DNA of 64,000 nt. It comes from the human T2T-CHM13v2.0 reference genome, Homo sapiens. Under the pieces are notes generated by a model that was not told the origin of the DNA, did not search any database, and was given only the letters and a program-made list of their open reading frames with translations. Positions 54,596 to 64,000 of the stretch are shown in pieces. The stretch's first letter is position 1. Each line of letters opens with the position of its first letter. The translations under genes and the position numbers were made by a program. The stretch lies in NCBI RefSeq assembly GCF_009914755.1, contig NC_060926.1; one strand, given 5' to 3'.

Positions 54596-55426
54596 ACTGT
54601 GTAAGATTATCAATCCATCTGTGCTCTTGACTCCATCCCTCTCATATCTGTGGCCTCTTTCTTTTTTGGCTTCTACTCAGCTTATGAACTTGCTCAAGCC
54701 TTTCCAAGCCTAAAGCATTTCCTCTTTGGAATCCACATCCTCTTCTAGTTACATGAGTTTCCTTCCTCTTTTCACCCAAACTCTGAACAGAGTATATGTA
54801 CTTGCTATTTCCATTTCCTCAGCTCCTAGCCAATCTTTAGTCTACTACAATCTAACTTCCAGCCTTACCATCCACCAAAATTGTGCTTACTAAGGTCCCT
54901 ATAACCTCCTAATTGCCAGACCTAATTAACAAGTTGCAGTCAGTATCTTATCTGACTCACTCTAACTTCCTTGATGTTTAGTTCCTTTTGCCCATCTCTG
55001 ATCATCTCTTTTTTACATCCTGTATGGGTTCTTCTTCTTCAGCCTATTTCTCAAATTAATGTTTATTCATTCAAAAAATATTTATGTAGTACCTACCATA
55101 TAGTAAGAACAGCTGGAGCCATAACAGTAAATAAAATGAACAAAAATCCACCTTCATGAAGCTTAGATTCTTTTTCCGTGTGTGCTTTCATTCTTGATGT
55201 TAGAATTCCCCAAGGTTTTAATCCTTGGTCCACAACTTTACTTATTCTGCACACTTTCTTTGGGTGATCTGATGATTTTTCTCCTATTTTTTCTCCAATC
55301 TAGACATTACCCATGAGTTTTATGCAGGGTATATTCACTAAGATATGATCTAGGAACCTTGAACTAGATATGTCCAAGTCAGAACCCTTTATCTTTTCCC
55401 TAAACAGATCTTCATTCAGTGGGTAG

Positions 55427-55804
<378 letters not shown>

Positions 55805-57066
55805 TAAAGCATTTACCCTATTTGTCTAACATTCTCCTGTTCTTTCTCCAGTTTTGTATGCTTTGCATCCTCTCTCCAATAGCTGCCAGGATGATCTAAA
55901 ATACAACCTCAGTCTCTTTTTTAAAAGCTTCCTCATCACCTAAGAGATAGAAATCTATGTCTTCATCTTGGTATAAAAACCTGTCTGTGATCTGGTCCCT
56001 GCTTCATCTTCCAGTTTTCTGTTTGTTTTTCAATTTACTTTAAGATTTTGTTACAGTGTGTAACAAAATGGTTACACACTGTGTCATAATGCTTAACATC
56101 ATAGTCTCTGAAGCCAGGTTGCTTAGATGTGAATCCTAGCTCTCAAATATTTGCCTCAGTTTCCTCAAATGGGAAATAGATATAGGAGCCACTATCTTGT
56201 AAGATTATTTGGAGGACTAAATGAGTTACTACATGTGTGCTTAGACCAGTTCCTGAGACATATTAACTACTATTACATCAGGCTGCTTCTAATGTTTGCC
56301 TTTGTTCATTCTACTTCCTCTTCTTTCCTACCAAGTATTAGCTTAGCCATAGATCCTGTGTAGTTTTCCAAGTTTTTAGAAGCTGACACTTGATTTACTC
56401 CCCGAAACTGTTACCAATCACAACTTATTTCATGTTAGGGTTGATGTTATAAGCAGGTATCCTCTAGGCTCGGTTTTCTCTTTTAAATATAGAAAATGTA
56501 GTAAATATAACCACTTCAATTGTTATATTGCTGTGGGACAAAATGCAGTTCCTGTACCATAGCAGTAGGAGATCAAGGTAAGAGAGAACAACGATAACTC
56601 CCCAGTTTCTAGCTTGTATGACTCAGAATCCAGAAAATATTGTAGAAGTCTCAAATGCTTGTTGATACACACGCTTACACAAAATTGTAAATGTTTTAAT
56701 TTCCTTCAAGTTTCCTACTGCCTCTTCAGTCCGCTAGCCTGATACTGCAATCAGTGTCGCTTCAGGCAACTTCTCCTTTCTCCGCCAAATTTCGCCTTTC
56801 GGTCTCACCCACCCATCACCCAGACAAATCCTCCAAAGCTCCGTCTTCCCTTTAAAAGACTCTCAGGGAACTCAACCCCAAAACCCACCCTCTGGGTTTC
56901 CCCGTCACCCTGGCAACGGAAGCAGGAAGAGGCGGGCTTCGCCATCCACCCTCCCCGCCCGCGGCAGGCGCCGGCCGCATTGGTGAGGGGGCGCGGGCTG
57001 CTTGGCCAGGGCAGTTCCCTCAGCTCCGGGTTGGAGCCGGAGCCGGAGCCGGATCCCGCGCACACC

Positions 57067-57075
57067 GCCACGTCA
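57067..57075 (-). promoter_or_regulatory. UPRE / XBP1-CREB3-type element (TGACGTGGC)
   Basis: GCCACGTCA on + strand equals TGACGTGGC on minus, the consensus unfolded-protein-response element; fits an ER-stress-induced gene. Confidence 0.65.
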
Positions 57076-57189
57076 ACCTAAACCTACACCGCCCTCTCCA
57101 CCCCACCGCCGCAGCGCCCGCTGGGCCCGCAGCGGGTCTCCCCAGGCAGCGTCCTCCACGCCTTTCCCACAATGCTCCGCGCCAGGCCC

Positions 57190-57419
57190 CGCCCCGGCTC
57201 GCCGTGGAGACCGGCGCGTGAGGAACCTACCGGTACCGGCCGCGCGCTGGTAGTCGCCGGTGTGGCTGCACCTCACCAATCCCGTGCGCCGCGGCTGGGC
57301 CGTCGGAGAGTGCGTGTGCTTCTCTCCTGCACGCGGTGCTTGGGCTCGGCCAGGCGGGGTCCGCCGCCAGGGTTTGAGGATGGGGGAGTAGCTACAGGAA
57401 GCGACCCCGCGATGGCAAG
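57190..57419 (+). other. DNAJC10: DNAJC10 exon 1 (5'UTR); start position approximate
   Basis: Lies in the CpG island; donor AAG|GTGGGC at 57419/57420. The TSS cannot be fixed from sequence alone. Confidence 0.65.
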
Positions 57420-57951
57420 GTGGGCATGGGCCCGGGGCTAGGGCTTTGCTGGAGCCGGTGGTGGCCTGGGCCCTCCGGTCAGGGAGGGGCGGAATGGCTG
57501 AGCGCCTGAACCTCCCTTCCTGTGCGCTCTTAAGACCTGTATATTGTGTTCTCGCTCCCCACCTTCCTCCTCCCTGTTATTCACACCACCCTTCCTCTGC
57601 CCAGCGATTCCCTCTCAGTTACTTACACTTTCTCCCTAAGTCCGACCTGAGACTTCAGACACCAGCAACACTTAACAGCCCTGTTCCCCCGTGTCTTCAT
57701 CTTTACCCCTCTCCCCTCTCCCACTCTGCAGTGATGGCAATGCGAAAGCTTGCGCCTTGCATTTACCTGGCGCTTCCACCTGCCCGGTAGCTCGGGCCAC
57801 GGGCAGTTCGGCCACACCCACGCTGAGAACAACCCCTGGGCGAGAAACATCTTATCCCAAAGTGTTGATTGAGACTATGCCCTCTCTTTTTCTGATGGTT
57901 GTTTTCTTGTTTGGATACTTGTTAATCTCTACATCATTATATTTTTCAAAG

Positions 57952-58008
57952 GTATATTTTTGTGGAATGAAAAGGAAGTATTAGAAATGAGCTGAAGACC
58001 ATTCACAG
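57952..58008 (+). other. DNAJC10: DNAJC10 exon 2 (5'UTR, 57 nt)
   Basis: Acceptor tttttcaaag|G; donor CAG|GTAAAG. Confidence 0.75.
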
Positions 58009-58876
58009 GTAAAGAGAAAAATTTTTAAATATACATTTAGGATTAAATGAAAAACAGAAATGAGGTGCGAGGAGCGTTAGATTTTTCAAAGCATTACGAT
58101 CTCTTTGGAACTAAAATATAGTGGTTGAAATGTGATATGATGAAGTAATGATTGTTTTTGCCCTGCAGAGAGTATGTCTAAATAACCGATTCCCTTCTCT
58201 TTTTGTGTTTTGTTTCTACTTACACCAAACATGAACTTTGCAATAAAATTACACTGGTAACTTACAATTGTTTTTCTACTATTTTTAAAAAATGGCCTCT
58301 ACTTAAATTCAGTATAAGCACCTTCTGAGGAAACTCCGGGAAGAAGATCGACTGCTGTGTAGATTGTCTATTATAACAATATATTTCACTGTCATTTCTG
58401 GTAGGGTTATATGAGAAGTAAAAAACCCTATGTTTCCTTCTAGTCCCTCCCAAGGACATTTCCTACAAGTGAATTCTGCTGAAAATGAAAATTAGACAGC
58501 TTTAGGAGGTAAAGAAGTAGCTAAAAGGAAGAGGTATTACAGGCAACGCTATAACTGGGTAGAAAGAGGAAGCACCTGTAGCTCATTGCCACCTTTGTGT
58601 TCTGATGCTCGTCAGAGGTCTTTTCTCAGTGTATAAATTGCTGAGGGTGTGTGTGCAAGCTACTTACTACCACTCATGACCTTTTTTCTGCTATCTTCAG
58701 TGATTTCACAAATCTAGCTACATGGATGTAGAAAGAGTGAAAAATAGAACCTGGGGCATTCACACTGATTTGCCATTTAATGGAGATTGTATTGCTGACC
58801 ATGTTCTGTGATAAATAAATTGTGCTATTATTGTTTAGTTCAAAATGTATTTTAACTGCCTGCTTTTCTTTCTTAG

Positions 58877-59022
58877 ATTAATATTTTTGGGGACAGATTT
58901 GTGATGCTTGATTCACCCTTGAAGTAATGTAGACAGAAGTTCTCAAATTTGCATATTACATCAACTGGAACCAGCAGTGAATCTTAATGTTCACTTAAAT
59001 CAGAACTTGCATAAGAAAGAGA
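58877..59022 (+). other. DNAJC10: DNAJC10 exon 3, untranslated part
   Basis: Acceptor cttttctttcttag|A at 58876/58877, preceded by branch-like tttaac. Confidence 0.8.
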
Positions 59023-59226
59023 ATGGGAGTCTGGTTAAATAAAGATGACTATATCAGAGACTTGAAAAGGATCATTCTCTGTTTTCTGATAGTGTATATG
59101 GCCATTTTAGTGGGCACAGATCAGGATTTTTACAGTTTACTTGGAGTGTCCAAAACTGCAAGCAGTAGAGAAATAAGACAAGCTTTCAAGAAATTGGCAT
59201 TGAAGTTACATCCTGATAAAAACCCG
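59023..59226 (+). CDS. DNAJC10: DNAJC10/ERdj5 first coding exon (aa 1-68): signal peptide and N-terminal J-domain with HPD motif
   Basis: [68 protein letters not shown]; strong Kozak context (agaATGg); donor CCG|GTAGGT, phase 0. Confidence 0.97.
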
Positions 59227-60182
59227 GTAGGTAAACGTTTGTTTTTAAAAATATTTGATTATATTTTTGGTACATTTTGATATTTATTTAAATTGCTTTA
59301 AATGATCAAATGCTTAAGAATAATCATATGTCAAAATTGTAATTCAACTTGTATGCTAGAAACAAAAGCACCAAAATGTTCTGGATTATTTAGGATCCCG
59401 TGAAGGAATGTCAGTACCAAAAATTCAGTTCCCTCTTAATTTGTAGACGATTTTCCAACAATTCTATTAAAGACATTAACCCCAAAACAAACGATAATAT
59501 CCGTGAAGTAGTTGAAGTAGTTTTCTTATTAAAGTAGGTTAAGATCAAGTGTTTTAGAACAGGAACAAAAATATTTTTTTAAAACTCAGAGGGTATGACT
59601 TGCTAAAAATAGAAGTAATAGCTAATAATAGCATGTTTTAACTTTGACTGTTTTCTTCTGTGTATGCACAAGTCCACAAACCAGAGTTAGAAAGTTTTAT
59701 AAATTAATACTTCACAGCAGCTGAATATAATGCCAGTCATAAATATTTATGTACACATTAATGTAAATCTTTCAAAACTAAACTCATTTTAATTTTTATG
59801 GTGTTTTTGTAATTTATTTGATTATTTCTTAGTGAGATTTAGCGTTCATCATTAACAAGAAGACATAGTTATAATTTTCTCTTTTCTAGGTAGAAGTTTT
59901 AAAATAGGATTATTTTCATTGCATAAAGCTGAGCAAGAGAAACAATATTTCTTTAAATATTGTTTAGTTGATTATCTTTTCCTAAGATCCACATTCTATT
60001 TAAGGTTTTTATTTTTTTTTAATTTTTCTTTAAAATTTCAAATAATGATTTTTAAGTTTCCATATAAAAGACAGTAGACCTTCTACCATCCGAGTATTAT
60101 TTAAATGAAAGCATCCTTCAGAAACAAATTTTATGAAGCACAGTAACAAGGAAGAAACATTTCCGATCCAATTTTGGATTGT

Positions 60183-60462
60183 TTTCTTTTTTTTTTTTTT
60201 TTTTTTTTGAGATAGGGTCTCACTCTCTTGCCCAGACTGGAGTGCAGTGACGCCAGCGGCTTCCTGCAACTTCTGCATCACAGGCTTAAGCAATTCCCCT
60301 GCCTCACCCTCCTGAGTAGCTGGGATTACAGGCGTGCGTCACTACTGCCCAGCTAGTTTTTGTGTTTTTAGTAGAAACGGGGCTTCACCATGTTGGCCAG
60401 GCTGGTCTCGATCTCCTGACCTCAAATGATCCACCCTCCTCAGTCTCCCAAAGTACTGGGAT
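60183..60462 (-). mobile_element. Intronic antisense AluS
   Basis: T tail then Alu body; lacks the extreme 5' end. Confidence 0.9.
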
Positions 60463-60943
60463 CGATTTTGGGGTGTTTTCTGATACTGGCTTTTATGTAA
60501 TTAGCTGATAGATTGGGGCACATCCTTTTTTAATTAAGTTGATTTTACCTCAAATAGAAAAATAACCTACAAATGTATTGATTTATAATTGTTATAGGAG
60601 TAAAAAATATTTATGAAATTAAGAGTTTCAACAGGCTTATTATTTTCAGCTGCATTTTTTAGGAAGAATAACTCATGGTCTGATAACGTCTGTCAACCTT
60701 TTGAAGAGTCAATTATTTCATTACTTTTCTTACTTTTTTTTTTTTTTTTTTTTGAAGATTATAGTTTCTTAAAAAATACTTCATTTCAACCCATGGTAAC
60801 TCATGTCATGTTGTATTACCCCTCCTTATGTTGGTATATGGTCTCCCAGAAGTTACTAGATTAATTAAACCTACATATATGTTTTGAAGAAACTTGGATT
60901 GTGTATCTGAAATAATTGTATTATATCTAATATTTTTTAACAG

Positions 60944-61106
60944 AATAACCCAAATGCACATGGCAATTTTTTAAAAATAAATAGAGCATATGAAGTACTC
61001 AAAGATGAAGATCTACGGAAAAAGTATGACAAATATGGAGAAAAGGGACTTGAGGATAATCAAGGTGGCCAGTATGAAAGCTGGAACTATTATCGTTATG
61101 ATTTTG
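60944..61106 (+). CDS. DNAJC10: DNAJC10 exon 4 (aa 69-122, rest of J-domain)
   Basis: ttttttaacag|AAT; NNPNAHGNFLKINRAYEVLKDEDLRKKYDKYGEKGLEDNQGGQYESWNYYRYDF; 163 nt; donor G|GTAAGG, phase 1. Confidence 0.96.
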
Positions 61107-61354
61107 GTAAGGTGATACGATATTACTTATGAAATGTGTTTTATCTGAGTAAAAGAAAAGTGAATTCTGTTTCACCACTTAGCTTATATATTTAAGATGC
61201 GTCACTTTGATTAGCTCCTTTTAATTTGCTGTGGGAGTGAAATTTAAAAGGAATGTCAGTTGGTATACAGAGATGATCTGTACAGATATGAAGTTGTATT
61301 GGTTAAATCTTGTTAAATACTTTTAAAATAAGGATTGCTATTTAATAAAAAATA

Positions 61355-61665
61355 TGCATTCATGGACTGCATAATGACATTTCACTTAACAATGGATTGT
61401 ATGTAGGACATTGGTCCCATGAAATTATAATACCATATTTTTACTGTACCTTTTCTATATTTAAATACAAAGATACTTAGCATTGTGTTACAGTTGCCTA
61501 TGGTATTCAGCAGTAACATGCTGTACAGATTTGTAGACTAGGTGTGTAGTAAGCTATACTATCTAGGTTTGTGTAAGTACACTCTGTGATGTTTTTGCAA
61601 CAACAAAATTCCCTAACAACACATTTCTCAGAATGTGTCCCATTAGTAAGTGATGTATGACTATA
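61355..61665. mobile_element. Tigger3-like (Tc1/mariner) non-autonomous element
   Basis: 'ggtcccatgaaattataataccatattttactgtacc...taggtttgtgtaagtacactct...catttctcagaatgtgtccc'. Confidence 0.8.
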
Positions 61666-62227
61666 TGTTTGCATTAGGGGTAGCTAAATATTTCTTTCAG
61701 TATTTTTTAGTATTGAATAATATTAATTTCTTTCAATATATTTTAGAGCATCATATTGTCCAAGAAAGGCGAAACTTCAAGTTTAGTAATGATCTCTTCA
61801 ATAGAAATGCCGTCCTTCTCATATGGAACCCTTACTGATTTTTAAGGTGTTTTGGCCTTCGGTTGACATTAAGGTCAATACCTTGAAACATTATCAATAA
61901 AGGTTCCATATGAGAAGGACGAAAGGTGTTTTTTTTCTTAAACATGGAGGAAAAAATAAGGTGGAAGGAGGAAACAAAGTAAAGGAACTAAGGAAGAGAG
62001 ATTGTAAACACACAGGTATCAAGGGAGGAAGGTGTGTTCAGAGACCCAGTGTTTCTCCTAGTCATTAATTAACCTCAAATGCAGGCTAAGAACTGAATAT
62101 GCTTCTGTATTAGACTAAATGAAGTATTTTAAATTTATATCTGGAGGATTTGCTTTTAGTAAATATGATTTTTTTTCAAAATAGTATTTTCAAGTATATT
62201 CTCTACACCTTGATAGTCTATATCAAG

Positions 62228-62405
62228 AGTTAGCAGACTGCATTTCATAGGCCAAATCTGGCTTGCCATTTGCTTTTATAAATAAGTTTTATTGGAATGG
62301 AATTACTTTAATTTGTTTACATAATATATGTGACTTCTTTCACACTTCAAGAGCAGAGTTGAGAAGTTGTGATAGAAGCCATACATCCCACAAAGCCTAA
62401 AAAAT
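62228..62405. mobile_element. MER58-like remnant
   Basis: 'ggccaaatctggcttgcc...taaataagttttattggaa...gcagagttgagaagttgtgataga...cacaaagcctaaaa'. Confidence 0.7.
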
Positions 62406-62961
62406 GTATATTTACTAAATATTTGTGTCTGCCTCTGCAAATACTCTAAGCTTTTTAGCAGAAGATATTCTAACATGATACCATGTGTTAAAAACCATAT
62501 AATCTGAAAATCAAATGAGGTCTGTAGTCTAGTTAACAGTGTACCACTCTCAATTTCCTGGTTTTCGATATTGTGCTATATAGCTACATAACATGTCACC
62601 ATTAGAGGAAGGTGAGTAAAAAGTATACAAGAGTCTATATTTTTGCACCTTCCTGAATCTGTAATTATTTTTAAAACCATAATATAAATTTTATATGGAG
62701 GTAAAATTATGTGAATATTACGAACTACCGCATACACATCTATGAGAGTCCATATCAGAATTCTAATATCTTTAGATCACCCTAAATGTACTGATAGTAT
62801 TATTTACTTTTTTTTCACTTAGGATGTTGCATATTCTCTAAGTTTGAGATATAATATAGTAGTTTGATTTTTTTGATGATTAAAACGAGTAATCTATTTT
62901 TATGTTGCAATTTATATGGTGAAGTTTTGATTTTATAATTTTTATATACTTTTAAAATTAG

Positions 62962-63012
62962 GTATTTATGATGATGATCCTGAAATCATAACATTGGAAA
63001 GAAGAGAATTTG
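62962..63012 (+). CDS. DNAJC10: DNAJC10 exon 5 (51 nt; start of first thioredoxin-like domain); gene continues beyond the window
   Basis: attag|GT ATT TAT GAT GAT GAT CCT GAA ATC ATA ACA TTG GAA AGA AGA GAA TTT G|gtaagt gives (G)IYDDDPEIITLERREF(D); phase matches exon 4. Confidence 0.93.
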
Positions 63013-63598
63013 GTAAGTTTGTGGGCTTAAGGTTTTATAAAACTAATACAAGTTCGATCTCATCTAAAACTCTAGGGGATATATATGTTTGAAATTTAGA
63101 AATCTTTTGGAGTTTCGAACAGTAATAATGTAATATACTGTATCTTAAATATTTCTAGCAGAATGTGGGGAAGTGTACCATAATAAAAACATTAATATTT
63201 ATGTAGCAAAATGTGTAAGTATATATACTAAATAAAAGAAATTTAAAAATCAGTTCAGATCAGGTTTGGATGCCAAGTGAGCTTGCTGCAAACTTACAGC
63301 AAAACTTCTCAGAGCTTTTTGATTTTAGAGTTTTGGATAAAGGTATAGTTATTTTGGAAGTAGATTTAATTTGATTGGCAACTTTGTGTGAAAATGGCCA
63401 TAAAAATACAGTTCTGCATTTTCCATTGCATTTTAGAAAATTGTATACCAGAATAGATTCTTATACTTTCATCCTTTGTACAGTAATAATATAATAGGTT
63501 TATTTTTTCTATTTCAGAGCAATAAATTAAACTTCAAATCAAATTTCAATTTTATATTGCTCTATCACAATTGTATTTAATTTAGAAAACTAAAATAC

Positions 63599-63860
63599 AG
63601 CCAGGCGCGGTGGCTCACACCTGTATAATCCCAGCACTTTGGGAGGCCAAGGCAGGCAGATCGCTTGAGATCAGGAGTTAGAAACCAGCCTGGCCAACAT
63701 GGGGAAAACCCTCTCTACTAAAAATACAAAAATTAGGTGTGCCTGGTGGCACGCACCTGTAATCCCAGCTACTTGGGAGGCTGACGCACAAGAATCGCGT
63801 GAATCTGGGAGGCTGATATTGCAGTGAGCCATGATGGCACCACAAAAAAAAAGAAAACTA
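63599..63860 (+). mobile_element. Intronic sense Alu, 3' end deleted
   Basis: Alu body ends at 'gcaccac' followed by an A tract. Confidence 0.9.
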
Positions 63861-64000
63861 AAATAGCGTACCAGTCGCAAAAAATACATATAAATCTATA
63901 TGTTTTTCATATATTATCGTTAAAAATTTATTACAGCTACTTGATTTTATACAGTTTGTTCCTTCTAAGCAAGGGTGGCTTTTTTTTTTTTTTTTTTTTT

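Larger units (their letters stand above)
56880..57500. promoter_or_regulatory. CpG-island promoter of DNAJC10
   Basis: Abrupt GC- and CpG-rich stretch in an AT-rich window; GC boxes; inverted CCAAT (ATTGG, 56979) and CCAAT (~57276); tandem GGAAG ETS sites 56918-56929; no obvious TATA box. Confidence 0.9.

Noticed and set aside
57276-57294. Canonical ERSE (CCAAT-N9-CCACG)
   Set aside because: CCAAT is followed after 9 nt by CGCGG, not CCACG; the inverted CCAAT at 56979 also lacks the partner motif.
56805-57850. Overlapping ORFs on both strands in the CpG island
   Set aside because: Stop codons are scarce in GC-rich DNA; no recognisable protein. Only the frame joined to the spliced uORF is kept as a low-interest finding.
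59023-59280. 85-aa ORF as a stand-alone small J-protein
   Set aside because: After HPDKNP it reads through the splice donor at 59226 into intron; the real frame continues in exon 4 at 60944.
63980-64000. Terminal poly(T) as a terminator
   Set aside because: Most likely the tail of an antisense retroelement cut by the window edge.

Overview
Human or closely related great-ape genomic DNA, not microbial. The right-hand ~7 kb holds the CpG-island promoter and first five exons of DNAJC10 (ERdj5, an ER J-domain/thioredoxin-fold co-chaperone) on the + strand. Exons 1-2 and part of exon 3 are 5'UTR; the CDS starts at 59023 and runs off the window after exon 5. The remaining ~56 kb is mostly transposon-derived: a full-length but dead L1PA4/5-type element (27472-33640, 14-bp TSD), several older L1PA/L1M pieces, about 25 Alus, solo LTRs (MLT1, LTR18-like, MER51-like, LOR1-like, MST/THE1), an ERVL gag/protease remnant and DNA-transposon fossils. 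Almost all ORFs in the supplied track are L1/Alu read-throughs. I found no convincing new multi-gene system. The best leads are: a 5'UTR packed with overlapping uORFs next to a UPRE motif; an unexplained ~110-nt hairpin in DNAJC10 intron 4; an L1 insertion combining twin-priming inversion with a probable 3' transduction; a 26-bp perfect direct repeat in non-repeat DNA; and an inverted Alu pair around exons 4-5. Repeat subfamily names come from remembered consensus sequences, and repeat boundaries are approximate unless a TSD is given.
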